In this document: one piece after another, positions 48,804-62,702 of the stretch | Layout of the letters: every line of letters starts with the position of its first letter | Position numbering within the stretch: position 1 is the first letter of the stretch | Origin: Malacoraja senta | Lineage: Eukaryota | Assembly: GCA_038087875.1 (NCBI GenBank) | Contig: CM075992.1 | Location: forward strand, 992,001 to 1,056,000 | DNA length: 64,000 nt | Direction: 5' to 3' | The notes under the pieces: generated by a model | What the model was told of the DNA's origin: nothing | What the model saw: only the letters and a program-made list of their open reading frames with translations | Database searches by the model: none | Made by a program: the position numbers and the translations under genes

Positions 48804-51800
48804 TTATATATTATTTGAACCTTTAGCTTTAATGAAAGCCGGAATATCTAAGTGAACAGAGACGGTTATTTTTCATGACTAATAACTGTAAATCTCGCTG
48901 ACATTCAGGCAAGTTTGACAGTGGGGAAGAGTCCCACTATTACATGGACAAGGCTAGCAGTGGACATTAAGGCAGTAGGAACTGATTGATTGTGTCACTC
49001 CATTTGGATGCAATTTTTCAACTGCAGAATACCATTCTTTGGCACAGTGCAAACAAATTTCTAGCTCCTGGATGCTTTGTAAAACTTGGCCCAGACTGCA
49101 AATGCTGCCTGCCTTGCAGAGTGTTTGCAGCAAATTCAGATTTTGTTTCAGTCTAATAACTTGCAAACCTGTCATAAAGCTTAATACTCAATTTCCCATA
49201 GTTGTTATGACAACACCAGGCTTCTGTCATCTTGCTTCTCCCTGTATCAATTCTTTTGATGCTATTATTTGACCAGCTCTTCAGTGCTCTGTTTACGTAG
49301 GAAGCAATAGGTGAAAGTAGTAAAAAAAATGCTGCCATGTGCAACAATCCACTGGGTAGAGGAATAAACCATAGGGAACCAGTCTGACAATGCACCTGCC
49401 TGCAAATTCAATTAAAGCAAGAACTATTGGGACACAACTGAAAATTACATGTTAGGGAAAAAAGCATCCAGTTTTAAGGTCTCTGGAAGTAAATGCACTG
49501 AAAACATAAAACTTTTGCGAAAGTAAATGGAGAAAAAGCACTAACACACAAAGCAGCAGTAATTCATACAGCTTTGCAGGTTGTGTACTCTTCATCCAAA
49601 CATACTATTTTCCGTTTAAGAGAGTGTGTGCGCGTGCATGAAAACAAAGAGAGAAATGTAAACTTTTCAGGTCATTGATCCAACATCAAATCTGTTGTAA
49701 GAAACTATGTTGATTTTACATTGTAATACAGGGTGGTCGGAAAATATATGCATTAGGGTGGAGTCAAGGTTGTCCTGGTAATGTAATTACATTGCTGGCC
49801 GACAGTGAACAGAAACATGCTGGCAGAAAATCAAACATAAGCATTCTGGAAACACCCTGCAGATCAGGCAGCATCTGTGGAAAGATAACAAATGAGTGAA
49901 TGGTAGAGATGGATGGCCTTGTATCAGAATTGGCCAGGAAAAGCCATTTATCAGAAATTGTTGAGCTCAACACTGCAACATACCCAGAGAGAAGACAAGG
50001 TGCTGAACTATGTGGTTGCAATCACCATGTCAATTTTTTCTCCTACTCCCAACCCATGGATAAATCAAAGTTTTTAATACCCCCCCCCCCCCTCCTCCCA
50101 AATGTGCTTTCTTCTTGATGGTCACCATCTGCCTGCCATTAAATATTTTATAACTAGAACTTGAGCTGATAATTGGTGCTTCACTCCCAAAATGTTTTGT
50201 TCTGATCCATGAGAATCTCACAGATAACAATAATACAAATGTGTTAAAAACTAGAAATGAGAAAAATCATTTGGATGAGCCAACCATTAAATAGAACATT
50301 TTGATTCATTGAGGGGAAATATTCTCTACATCTTGCCCTGCCATTTTGCGAAGTTCTTATGAAATCCTTCTAGAATTACAGCACTGTTCCTCAGTAGACC
50401 CCACCAAATATATTTAGTTACTGCACGAGCTTTTCCAGATCAGTGTGTTCTACAAGTGCACACATGAAGAATATTGCCTAATCAAGAGTGCCCCAGAATG
50501 TGCCTGAAAATTATTCATTCTGCATCACAGCCAAATCCAATCCTACACTCTCTCAGGCAATCACGCGTCTATATCACAGGAAAACAGTCGCAGAGAAAAG
50601 ATAAAGGAAGCACCCTCCAACCCATTTCCTTCTTCACACCTCGTGGACTTATCCCTCCATAAGGAGAGCCTCCTCCTTCGATTAGCTGTAATAGTTAGTA
50701 CGAGTAGGAATTGGGAGCCAAAAGCTTATATTTGTGTGCTGGTGATATTGGGATAAAGTTTTGCAAAATCAGGTAGAATTTGATGTGGCCAAACTCCATC
50801 TGTTAAATAGCCAAATCTATATTCAATATCATTTCTTAACCTAGCTCTAAACATCATCTGTCATGTTTACACAACTTCCTCCCTCCTAATCTCTGCCCAC
50901 TCCTGCTCCAAATTCACCTTATCTGTTTATCACATGCACTAAACCCTCAACTCAAACTTGCTGACTTTCTTAATATATAGCCTACATGCGAGAAAAGCAG
51001 ATGGTACAACATGACCTATGGGAGACACAAGCTTTGCTGACCATGAGATCACAAGGGGCAAAATATTACTTTAACAAACAAGTGTTAATGTGACAAGTGG
51101 AATGCAAAAAATAGTCCACGGAATCCATAAAATGGTAAATAAAAGTTGTTTTCCGACCTGGTTGCAGAAAGATATGGGGATGTGCGAGTAAAAAAGTGGA
51201 TGCAGTCAATTATCAAGATTAAGGAAGTCGTCACATGAGTTATAACTAACAAGCAGAACATCCACCGCATCCTACACCACTATATTCAGTAACCTATCCC
51301 AACAGATTGCAACTGCCTGGAAAATATGCAAAAATAAAACTTGGAAAATTCCTCTGACTCATCATTTAGGTAATCATAATTACTCCAGCATTGACAATTC
51401 TCTGTGGAATCTACCTTTGTAGAAGTCTAAGACCATTTCCACCCTAGACAATTAAAATATTCTTTCATTGAGGAATTTAGTAAATTAGTTTTGCCACCTG
51501 GAACCGGATTCTCTGGAAATTCTTGCTTCCTGACATCTAAATCACTTCCGTTAATTTAAATACAATTTACTCCCTTTATAAGGAGTAAACAGTCAGAAAA
51601 GTACACGCACCTCTAAAATATTAGCTAGCTTTGCTATTTCAGATTAGGGAAGGGCAATTAAAATGACCAAAGGCTTAATTTTGTATATTGTTATTTAACT
51701 AGCTCCACATCCCATTCACTCTGGGTAGAGGCTATTTAACCTCTGGCTTTGAACAAGATTTTTCAAATCTGTGACATACCTACTACATCTACATTTTTCC

Positions 51801-52074
51801 TACACCCCTTAATATAGAAACATAGAAACATAGGTGCAGGAGTAGGCCATTCGGCCCTTCGAGCCAGCACCGCCATTCAATATGATCATGGCTGCATCCA
51901 AAATCAGTACCCTGTTCCTGCTTTTCCCCCATATCCCTTGATTCCTTTAGCTCTAAGAGCTAAATCTAACTCGCTTGAAAACATATTTTTTTGGTATAAA
52001 TTCTAGCTATTATTTCACAGTATTGCTCATGAATCCAAGAAGCCCGGGTACGATAAAGCAGATTTCTCATTTAC

Positions 52075-52512
52075 CATATAACCATATAACAATTACAGCA
52101 CGGAAACAGGCCATCTCGACTCTTCTAGTCCGTGCCGAACACGTATTCTCCCCTAGTCCCATATACCTGCGCTCAGACCATAACCCTCCATTCCTTTCCG
52201 TCCATATAACTATCCAATTCATTTTTAAATGATAAAAACGAACCTGCCTCCACCACCTTCACTGGAAGCTCATTCCACACAGCCACCACTCTCTGAGTAA
52301 AGAAGTTCCCCCTCATGTTACCCCTAAACTTCTGTCCCTTAATTCTCAAGTCATGTCCCCTTGTTTGAATCTTCCCTACTCTCAGTGGGAAAAGCTTATC
52401 CACGTCAACTCTGTCTATCCCTCTCATCATTTTAAAGACCTCTATCAAGTCCCCCCTTAACCTTCTGCGCTCCAAAGAATAAAGCCCTAACTTGTTCAAC
52501 CTTTCTCTGTAA
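52075..52512 (-). mobile_element. CR1-clade LINE 3' end (different subfamily)
   Basis: LGLYSLERRRLRGDLIEVFKMMRG...FFTQRVVAVWNELP. Confidence 0.88.
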
Positions 52513-54848
52513 CATTTCCCGGCTTTGTTTTATTATTTTTGTGCATGGTTATTATTTTTGTGCATGGTTAGCCTTTATACACACAACTGAACAAAACTGC
52601 TCTTTTCCATTAACATAGTCACCAACATTGTTGAGAAATAGTCAAGATGAACATGTATATGTAGAAATGTGACATTCAAAAAGTTGAAATTGAGGGAAAA
52701 GGGCTAGGTACAGATTTCAAGCTGTTTAAAGGAGTGACACGTTTTCATAGATCCCAGTAGACAAGAGTCAAGAGTGTTTTATTGTTATATGTACCAAAAT
52801 GGAACAATGACATTTTTACTTGCAGCATCATGACAAGAATATCAAGAAGGAGATGTGGGCAAGGAGTAGGTGCCGGGAAATTGGATTTCACTTTTGTTCT
52901 CTGGAGAAATATTGCGTAGCACTATCACAAAATACAGTCCCTCGCAAGACTGCGCCACAAAAGGGGTGATTTTCACCTCAAAAGATGTATTGCACTATAC
53001 TTTGCCGAACATCACTCAGAGCAGATCATAAACCTGAAAATGTATAATCCTCATGACAGCCAAACAGCAGGACCAAGGGGATGAGAAAGGATATCAAGGG
53101 CTTTGTGAAAATGGAGGAAAGGGTGTTGCAACCATTAGTTTTGTTGTTTTGAACATCAAGTACCTTGATCAGCCCACCAAGGTTGAGCTGATGCAAGTGT
53201 ATTCCAGTAATATCAATTCAAAGACTATCATAGGTTGAATCCTCAAATCACCCATAACGTTTGAACATTATTTAATAAATAATTACCGAAAAGAATTAAT
53301 CAGCATGGTAAAAAGCTAATTACTATAACAGGTTTTCAGTGTTATTGTTGCAAAGCCACTTGCTTTTCCCTTTTCCACAGGAAATAGTTGGCCTATAGCA
53401 AATTTATGATGACACACGGAACTTCAGATGCTGGTTTACAAAAAAAGTGCTGGAGTAACTCAGTGGGTCAGGCAGCATCACTAGACAACCTGGATAGGTG
53501 AAGTTTTGAGTTGGAACCCTTCTTCAGACCGGAGAAGGCTATTGATCCATGTCCTCCAGAGATGGTGCCTGACCTGCTGAGTTACCCCAGCAAGTTTATA
53601 ATGGTCAGTAGATTACTGAACATTCCTATTATCACGAGTGGCATCTCCCAGCCTAGTAATGACATTACATTGACCCGAGTTCAACTAATTTCCTTTCTCA
53701 TCGTCACATTTGTTCTCTATTGTGTTCAGCCTAAAACCTAGCATTCCAAAGTTCCATGGTACAGCTTTCCTTGCTTCTACTAGAGGGTCACATAATCTTT
53801 CCTTCGCTACTTAAATTTGACCTTGATGTACCCCAATTTCTCATTCACATTTCCTTAAACATCAAGGAATTAGATTACTATTCCCAGCCAAAATACCAGA
53901 TGTCCTCCTGCCCATGCCAAATTAGTAGCAACCCAGTTCCAGAAACCTAGAGAAATAGAGGTGAAGAGGGAGAAATGTTTAAATGACAATGCAGTGCAGT
54001 CAAGAAAATGACCAGGGAAAGCAAGCAACAAGCGTTACAAGCAGTGGGGAGTGTTGGACGTCATCCAGAATGCATTCCCCTATGACTTCACTTGAAGACT
54101 GGACAAGTAGCAGTGTCAAGTTTCAAATGGGAGAGAATGCATTGCATCGCTACACCATGTAATCCAGAAAGCAGCTTTCAGTATCAAATGCCAATGCACT
54201 GGAAATGTTCTCACAAGATCAATACCCTTGCCCTCTATAACAATGCAAACTCTTATTCAGCTCAATGTGCAGTACTACAGCTAACCTATGGTCAATGCCA
54301 TAACTGAACCTGGTATCATCACCCCTCCCTCCTATTGTGCAAATAATTATCAGCGCACCAGAAATAAACACAACCCTTGAATTGGTAACACAAAGAGGAA
54401 GAAGATTGGACTTTATTGCCTTCCATCACAGTGAGGAACGTGGGGAATCCACTGTGGTGGATGTTTATGTTAACTTTTATGTAGTTGTGTGACGTGTTTT
54501 TTTTTAGTATGGCTGTATGGTAATTCGTATTTCACTGTATCTTAATTGGTACACGTGACAATAAACTGATCTTGAAACCTTGAAACTCGAACATTATTAC
54601 ATTTATACAATTTTGCTGCTGGTTTGCGAATGGAAAAAAGAGCTTATAAAAAGGTGTGACATAAATCAACTGAAAATTTAAAATTACCACGTCGTATCTA
54701 CAAAAAACAAATTCAATTCTTAATAATCCCAGAAAGATGCCAGGAAAAGTGATAGGTTTGAATGAAATAATTTGGAACAAGACTGCCACCTACGGGACAT
54801 CACATGTCAAAGCCAACTGTTTACTGTAAGCACAAATCTAACCTCTTT

Positions 54849-54981
54849 GTTAAAGAAGGAACTGCAGATGCTGGAAAATCGAAGGTACACAAAAATGCTG
54901 GAGAAACTCAGCGGGTGCAGCAGCATCTATGGAGAGAAGGATGCTGCATAGATGCTGCTGCACCCGCTGAGTTCCTCCAGC
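54849..54981. mobile_element. Fold-back Penelope-derived mini-insertion
   Basis: Inverted arms and a perfect 14-bp TSD aatctaacctcttt (54835-54848, 54982-54995). Confidence 0.8.
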
Positions 54982-55698
54982 AATCTAACCTCTTTACAAC
55001 TTGCAGAAAAAACACTTTACCAACTGCACCCAACAAATATGATGATCACAAATTTTACATCACTATCCACAGATCAAGTAAAACTGATAAATGAGTAAAA
55101 GGCTTGAATTGGCCCGTTCGCAGGACTTTTCTTCGCCTGGCTCGGCTCAGCAGCGGGATCTTCCATCGCCCGGCAGGGCTTCAATATCGGGAGCCTCGAT
55201 CGCCTCGATGCAGCAGTTTGACTGCCTGACCGCGGGAGAAGAAGCAAGGAAGAGATAAGACTTTTTTTACCTTCCATCACAGTGAGGAGGTGCCTGGAGG
55301 AGAGTCACTGTAATGGTTGTTTATGTTAAATTTATGTAATTGTGAGTTTTGTTTGCTTTTTATTGTTATGACATTCACATTGTAATGACATTTCATTCAA
55401 ATTTTCTTTTTTTGAATGACAAATAAATTCAATTCAAAAAGATGCAATATGTCAGCTGCAGCATTTTTGCTATGAATTTAGTTTAATTTAGAGATACAAT
55501 ATGGAAACAGGTCACTGGGTCCACGCTGGCCATCGATACTAGTTCTATGTTATCTCGCTTTCTTATCCACTTTCATCACACTAGGGACAATTTACACAGG
55601 CCAATTAACCTACAAATCCGCACATCTTTTGGATGTGGGAGGAGTCCACAGCACCCAGAGGAAACATGATCACAGGGAGAACGCGCAAACTCCGCACA

Positions 55699-55898
55699 NN
55701 NNNNNNNNNNNNNNNNNNNNNNNNNNNNNNNNNNNNNNNNNNNNNNNNNNNNNNNNNNNNNNNNNNNNNNNNNNNNNNNNNNNNNNNNNNNNNNNNNNNN
55801 NNNNNNNNNNNNNNNNNNNNNNNNNNNNNNNNNNNNNNNNNNNNNNNNNNNNNNNNNNNNNNNNNNNNNNNNNNNNNNNNNNNNNNNNNNNNNNNNNN
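55699..55898. other. Assembly gap (200 N, probably a placeholder scaffold join)
   Basis: Round-number N run with unrelated repeats (V-SINE and CR1) on either side. Confidence 1.
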
Positions 55899-56415
55899 GC
55901 TTGCCCCTTATTCTTAAATTGTGGCCCTTGGTTCTGGACTCCCCCAACATCGGGAACATGTTTCCTGCCTTCATTGTGTCCAAACCCTTAATAATCTTAT
56001 ATGTTTCAATAAGATTTCCTCTCATCCTTCTAAACTCCAGAGTATACAAGCCCACTCTCAGCATATGACCGTCCCACCATCCCAGGAATTAACCTTGTAA
56101 ACCTACGCTACACACCCTCAATAGCAAGAATGTCCTTCCTCAAATTAGGGGACCAAAACTGCACACAATACTCCAGGTGTGGTCTCACTAGGGCCCTATA
56201 CAACTGCAGAAGGACCTCTTTGCTCCTATACTCAACTCCTCTTGTTATAAAGGCCAACATGCCATTCGCTTTCTTCACTGCCTGCTGTACCTGCATGCTT
56301 ACTTTTATTGACTGATGAACAAGGACCCCCAGATCCCATTGTACTTTCCCTTTTCCCAACTTGACACCATTTAGATAGTAATCTGCCTTCCTGTTTTTGC
56401 TCCCAAAGTGCATAA
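55899..56415 (-). mobile_element. CR1-clade LINE ORF2 fragment, cut by the assembly gap
   Basis: QVQQAVKKANGMLAFITRGVEYRSKEVLLQLYRALVRPHLEYCVQFWSP. Confidence 0.9.
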
Positions 56416-56499
56416 TGTGCATAAATGTGAGGTTATCCACTTTGGTAGCAAATTCTTTGTATGTGTACAAATTTAGCCAATAAACTAGGTCATTCATTC

Positions 56500-56790
56500 A
56501 TATGCCAGCTTTTGTGAGGACAGTTGCATCCCCACTAGGACCCGGACAAGGTTCAACAACGACAAGCCTTGGTTTACAGCAGAACTCAAGACAGCTCCGC
56601 CAGTCTAAAGATGAGACCTACAGGAGCAGGGATGCAGACCACTACAGGCAGGCCAAGTACAAGCTGAGGAATCAGAGCTGCCAAGGAAAGGCACTCTGAG
56701 AAATTGGGGAGCAAGTTCTCAGCTAATGACTCATCTCCAGTGTGGAAGGGCTTGTAAGAAATCACCAGCAACAAGAGGACCCCCCCCCCC
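56500..56790 (+). mobile_element. Rex1/Babar-like LINE internal fragment
   Basis: Frameshifted RFNNDKPWFTAEL / QLRQSKDETYRSRDADHYRQAKYKL. Confidence 0.6.
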
Positions 56791-58599
56791 CCCCACTCCC
56801 TCCTTGGACAATCGTCAGCTGACTCCAAAGTCCCTTTGCACCTCCGATTTCTGAATTCTCTCCCCATCTACGCCTTTATTCCTACTACCAAAATGCATGA
56901 CTCCACACTTTGCTGTATTCCTTCTGCCACTTTCCCAACCTGTCCAAGTCCTTCTGCAGGGTTTCTGTTTTCTCTACACTACCTACCCCTCGACCTATCG
57001 TCATATCATCTGCAAAATGTCAATTTCCTCATCTCATCCAAATTATTTCACTCCGTGAACAGTAGCAGCCCCAGCACCGAGCTCTACGGAACTGATGCCA
57101 CTCTTTGTGATTAATGCGCTGACATGTTTTCAGCCAGTCAACGATGCTTTGCCTCAAGACATCAAGATGCTTTGCCTCTTAGCATAACGTCTTCAGTCAG
57201 CCATTAGCACTATGCTTCAACCATTTCGATATTATTATGTTCTTCTCACCATTTTCATAAGAAAAACACAACTGAACCTGGTGTCCAGGGAGCAGCATAG
57301 CCCTTCATGAGAATAGCCCAGGGTTAACCCAATAGTCTAGTGAGCAGTACGATCCATCAGAAGAATCCCACATAAGTATTTTGACAACCATTACTTACCT
57401 AATTCTTCATATTCAGCTCTGTCCATCAGAAGAATGGTTAACCAATGGAAAGAAGCCTTGGCAAGCCGTAGTGTTTTAGCTGGTTAAACTCTGATAACGC
57501 TGGTTCAGGGTGCCTAAATTGTATAAACTTGTATCTAAGCCCTCTGAACTCTATGGAGAGAGACTGCATACTCTATATTGGCCAGGAAAAGACTCCACAA
57601 TTGGATGTAGATTTCTCCATAGCTTGATTGGAGACTTGAAAATGGTGCTAATTCCCATGAATGTCAGACAGCATTTGCCTATTGTCTTTCTATTACATCA
57701 CAAAAAGCCAAATGGAATGTTGGCCTTCATCGCAAGAGGCCTGGAATGTAAAGGCTGAAAGCCATGTTACAGTTAGATAAAGCTGTTGCACCCTACTTAG
57801 GATAATGGAGTTCAGGGCACCAAATCAGGTGAAAGATATAATGGTCTTGTGGGTGTACATGGCAGATGCACTAGATTAACCTCGGATCTATATGTTTTAA
57901 AGTATGGAAAATGTTGTATGCAGGTTTATATTGCATTGAGTATAGAAGAATATCTGGTAAAATGTCCAATGTGCCTTCACAGGACGGTGATCAACTTACA
58001 ATTTGTCACGAGCCAAATGTTTCCAAAAGATTAGTTTAAAAAAAGTGTGGTTTAAAGAGATTGGGAGAGGAGGGTGCGGTAGAGGTACATAAAATGGGGG
58101 CGGGGAGGGTATAGTGGAACTGCAGAGCAGCATAAAGCTCAGGCAAATGGCAACTAGTGCTAGAGTGAATAAATAGGGGATGGCTGAGAAGCCAGAATTG
58201 GAAGAGACAAGTAGTTTCAGAGGATGCCAAGGGTGGAAGAGGTTGCAGAACTGAATGGATTTGAAAATAAAAATGAGTATTTTAATTCAAGGTACTGTCA
58301 GATTGGGAGGATAGCAAGAGTGATGGACTTCTTATGCAAGCTGGAAGACCAAGAGTATCTGGAAAAGTAATGGCAGCATAGTAGGTCAGAGAGACCCTTC
58401 TTTTTTTCCCCCAGAGAAATAAGATTGGGAGTTGGGGCTTTTGTTTTGCACTGTATTGGGGTTTTTGATTTATTTAATTATTTCGTTTGTTATGTTATCT
58501 ATTGAGTACTGCATTTACAAACCTGTTGCACTGCTGCAAGTAAGAATTTCATTGTTGTGTTTTGGTACATATGACAATTAAACACTCTTGACTTGACGC

Positions 58600-59140
58600 T
58601 TGACCAGGCACACCAACATCTCTCCTCTTAGAAGCCTTTTGAAGTTTGCCATGTCCCCAACAACTCTCTCCAACTTAAGTGCACCCCCCACAGACAGCAT
58701 TTTATCAGGATGCACCACAGCATGGTTTTGGTACATCTCCATTCAAGGCCTCAAGAAATTGCATTAAAATTGTGGACGCAGCCCAGACCATCACGCAAAC
58801 AAGCCTCCCTCCCATTGGCTCCATCTTCACCATGCTGCCTCGGCAAAGCTGCCAGCATAATCAAGGACCAGTCTCACCCCAGCCACTACCTGTTCCCCTC
58901 TCCCATCATGTAAGAGGCATAGAAGACAAAATGCATACTTCCAGATTCGAGGACAGTTTCTTCCACGCTGTTATCAGGCAACTGAACACCCTATCACCAA
59001 CTCCAGAGCCGCTCTAAACCACCACCTACCTATTTTGAGACCCACGGACTGTCTCTAATTAGACTTTATCTTGCACTAAGCGTTATTCTTTTTATTGGTA
59101 CACTGGACAGCTTTATTGTAATCGTTTATAGTCTTTCTGC
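58600..59140 (+). mobile_element. Rex1/Babar-like LINE 3' fragment
   Basis: Frameshifted SILSGCTTAWFG / IVDAAQTITQTSLPPI / CLGKAASIIKDQSHPSHYLF. Confidence 0.65.
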
Positions 59141-59651
59141 TGATTACTCCCGAGGAACCCATTCCTTTTCTCCCGGGAAGCCAGTGGGAGACGGGAGAGC
59201 ACGCACAGACCCACGCCTCATCTGCACCCCGTGCACACCCCCGCCGACGCTGGTGAGGTTGGCCACCTTCCCGGCGGGAGTGCACACGGTGGGCAGCATC
59301 CCCAGAGAAAAGGAATGTGTGACTTTTGGGTCGAGACCCTTCTCCGGAGATGTTGCCTGGCCTGCCGCGGTGCCCCGTGTGTGGCCGGCGCTCAGCCCCC
59401 GCCGCCACCAAACCTCTCCGTCGGGAGTCACAACAGCCTCCACCAGCAGGGCCTTCGATGCCGGAAGATAACAAGCAGCTCCAGTGGAACTGATTTCCTA
59501 TCCTAGCTCCAACTGGGGATGGCCCAGCGGCAGCTCCGGAGATGCGTGCCCGACCCCACGGAGCAGCACGAAGGATAAAGCACTTATCTGAAACGAAGGT
59601 CTGATAACCAAAGATAACACACAGCAGATCCGCACCCTCCAATATTTATCT
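59140..59651. promoter_or_regulatory. CpG/GC-rich island with GATA x5, KLF CACCC box, CCAAT and ETS motifs
   Basis: WGATAR at 59466, 59584(-), 59602, 59612 and 59646(-); CCGCACCCT at 59630-59638; CCAAT at 59639-59643; CCGGAAG at 59461. CpG density is high relative to the flanks. Confidence 0.55.
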
Positions 59652-60026
59652 CGTGACCTATAACCTGGGCATGTGCAGTCAGAATACCAAACTCACTTAT
59701 AAACTAATGATTTGAGCTCTTTAGATACACGGTTGCTGCTATTTGTCCCAAAATTTTGGAATGACAATTGTCAAAACGTTAGGTTTAAAAAAAAAAAATG
59801 TTATTTCAAAAGATAAGGATTTATACAAATAAACTTACCAAATGAAGAGTGAACCTTGTCACCAGAGAATTGGTTTCTAATTTACTATGTCGCTTGTCAC
59901 AGAAACTATAATCCAAAATACCAGTATTCCCACCAGGGTTAATGTGATAATGAATCTTTGAAGGAACTCCTTATACAGGCATAGTATCACAGTACACCTT
60001 AAGACACAAAGGCATTTACAAGTGCT

Positions 60027-60032
60027 TTTATT
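60027..60032 (-). terminator. Likely ASF1B polyadenylation signal (AATAAA), giving a 3' UTR of about 0.8 kb
   Basis: Minus-strand AATAAA followed by GU-rich TTTGTGTCT. An upstream AATAAA at 60545-60550 is an alternative. Confidence 0.55.
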
Positions 60033-60827
60033 CAGGCAAAGACAATACAATTCTACGTCACTAACATCTGTAAAAAAAAAGGTTGCAGTTTTCAGAACCA
60101 ATGTTTTATAAAGCTTATCTTTTGAATTTAAACATTTTATATTCTCTCGTCCAATAGAGTCAATGCAGGCAGGTTTGGATCACGATTTACAAAGTACATA
60201 TTAAAAGTTACAAAATAGTTTCCTCAGAAAGATTCTGAAGACAATTTCACTGGGAAGCTGATATTCATACAACCAAATTAAACTCCCAGGTTATATTACA
60301 TTGAGTTGCATTGCTGGATATGGCAACTCCACATCTTTTGAAAGTTCCAAGTATCATAGCTGAGACCACAAAGCAAGTGGCAATAGCTCGTCTAGTCAGT
60401 AGGTAACTAACTGAAGCTCTCAAAATGACCAGTTTTTGGTTGTAGTTTAGAGGCATTAAACACATTCACCCTGCCCCCTACCACAAACCTGTCCTGGACT
60501 TACACAGCAGAAACAAAACCACAAACAAATTCTGTAGTTACATATTTATTTCTGGCTAATTTACAACAAACACCAACTGAATTTTACCAATAACCATCAT
60601 TTGGGCAAAAGAAGCCAGCTCACCATTAATCACCGATGGCAGTTATAACCACTGCAATTGCTGTGGACCCAGAATGGGAACTGGCACACCTTGCACTCCT
60701 CCTTTTGCTGGTTTAATGCCTTCTGGGATACTGAAGTCTGACAAATACTCCTTTCAATTAAATCCAAAAGCTAACAAAACCCTGGGTAAAAAAATGTGGT
60801 CCATTTCATTGCAGTCACAAGGTGGTT

Positions 60828-61031
60828 TCACATACAGTCCATTGAATTCTCCGGAACTATACTCAGTGCACCTCCTGTGCCAAGTCCCTTCAGGGGTGTA
60901 CAAGTGGGAGGCAGCATTGTATTTGAACTTGGGTCAACATTCTCAATATCTTCCATTTTTTCACTAACGCCTTCCCAATTGATGTGGAACCTTGTAACTC
61001 TTGGATTGGAAGCCAAAATATTTCGCTGGAG
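60828..61031 (-). CDS. ASF1B: ASF1B last coding exon (LQRNILASNPRVTRFHINW...PENSMDCM*)
   Basis: Acceptor ttctctccttgctctctag|CTC, in frame with the previous exon. The tail CTPLKGLG...PENSMDCM matches the ASF1B-type tail (CTPIKGLG...PENSMDCI) rather than ASF1A. Confidence 0.95.
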   Translation of the reverse strand, partial: LQRNILASNPRVTRFHINWEGVSEKMEDIENVDPSSNTMLPPTCTPLKGLGTGGALSIVPENSMDCM

Positions 61032-62702
61032 CTAGAGAGCAAGGAGAGAAAAACAGATTCAGTGCTGGTGATACCAATGCACACAACAGCATCATAGCTA
61101 GACTATTCACACGTATTAAAGTTATCAAAGTTAGAGGCCTGGGTTCAAATGCACCTTTAATGCCATAGTGCTCCCAGCCATCATCTGCAAAAGCATGAAT
61201 GTTAGCCACTGTAAAATACACACGTGGTATTTGATACAGCGAGGCATGAAAATGGAGACTCAATTTCTAGACAGGGCTGTTTGGGGGGGGGGGGTCCAGT
61301 CTGCCTTTGGATAGACAAAAGATCCAAGGATTGAATGGCAGCAGCACAACTGGTAGAACTACAACTCTTCAGTACCAGATTGGATTAAACCCTGATCTCA
61401 AGTGAGTCACTGTAGAGTTTGCACATTTTCCATTGTGAGACATGGATTTCCCCCATGTGCTCTGGTTTCCCCCTCCACATCCTAAAGATGTTCATTATTG
61501 ACCACTGTAAATTGCCCCCAATGTGTAGGGAGCAGTGGAATCTGGGATTAGATGTGAATAAATGTAGAATTAGTGTAATGTTTGGTTGATGGTGGGCCTG
61601 TTTCCATGCATCCGACTACCTCACTTCAAAAGTATTCATTGATAAGGGAGGCTGATGTTCCAGGACTAAGAATGCATTCCAATTTTGGAAGAGTTGCCCT
61701 GACCAAACATCTTCAGGACTGTCAAAAATTGGGTTCACTGAAAAGGGCACATGATTTTGGCAAAATTCAATTGTCTTCCTGCAAAGGGGGCATGAATGCA
61801 CCTGCAGTGCAGTGAAGGTAAAATCTATCAACAGAACATTGGTTCCATGTGACTGAACCAAACTCCATTAAGCAATGCAGAAATAGTATACTTAAGGCCA
61901 ATTCAGAAAGTGAAAAATTATATTGGACCATGGCATGTTATGTGGGAGCAGACTTGTATTAACCATCACCGATGTATTCAGCATCATGACATTCAAAATG
62001 CAACCTCAGAACCACTTTCACCACAGAACAGAGGTGCGGTGAAATTGCATGGCAACGAATGGAACAATGTCAATTTATATTAAATGCATCAAATAAATGG
62101 GCTATTAAGTAGTGAAGAGCTATATCTGCGTATGACTAAATGGTGGAGTCTTGGAGGACTCCTTTCCTTATTCTGAAATACTGGCCAGGCTCCAAGGCAA
62201 GACTGGAGGTGGCCTGGTTGTTCCCCTTGAGGCAAAGTAGATTTAATAACTTGCTTCGACAGTTATGTGAAGATGGAAGATGCCTTTAAAAATAATTCAA
62301 AGGCAGAAGGTTTGAGGCAAATACAAGCAAGGAGGAAAACCTTTCAATTACTCTAGTACAAATTGGCAGATTCAATGGCTCAAATGGTAATCTCCCAGTG
62401 ACCATTTATGATCCTATGAATGGGCAAGGCAATCGAGAGACATGAGGCGTCGAATATACAGATCCTGCACTATAGGATACATACAGCAGACGTGTACTTG
62501 CTGAAAAAAGTCTGAATGTCTCAAAAATCTAGCCGTTTTAGTCCTATTCAGTGTTCATATTCTCCAGCCCTGTAGGCCACAGAGCAATAGGATTGGCAAG
62601 GTATTCACTGGAAATGTTTGCTATTGGTACACCGATTTTAAAAGCAGTGACTTCCAATTTTATTTTCAAACCACAAAAACAATGAATTTCTGTAGCTCTT
62701 AC

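Noticed and set aside
49180-49200. ATG GGA AAT (MGN) as the Calpha1 start
   Set aside because: It is followed immediately by a stop codon, with no donor or CpG island.
59603-59619. miR-9 precursor-like match (minus strand TGTTATCTTTGGTTATC)
   Set aside because: Similarity stops halfway through the mature sequence and there is no complementary 3' arm. It is better explained as two adjacent GATA sites.
59076-59642. 188-aa ORF and overlapping ORFs in the GC-rich island
   Set aside because: They have non-ATG starts, run through a Penelope-derived and a LINE fragment, and show no recognisable protein. They are open only because of GC content.
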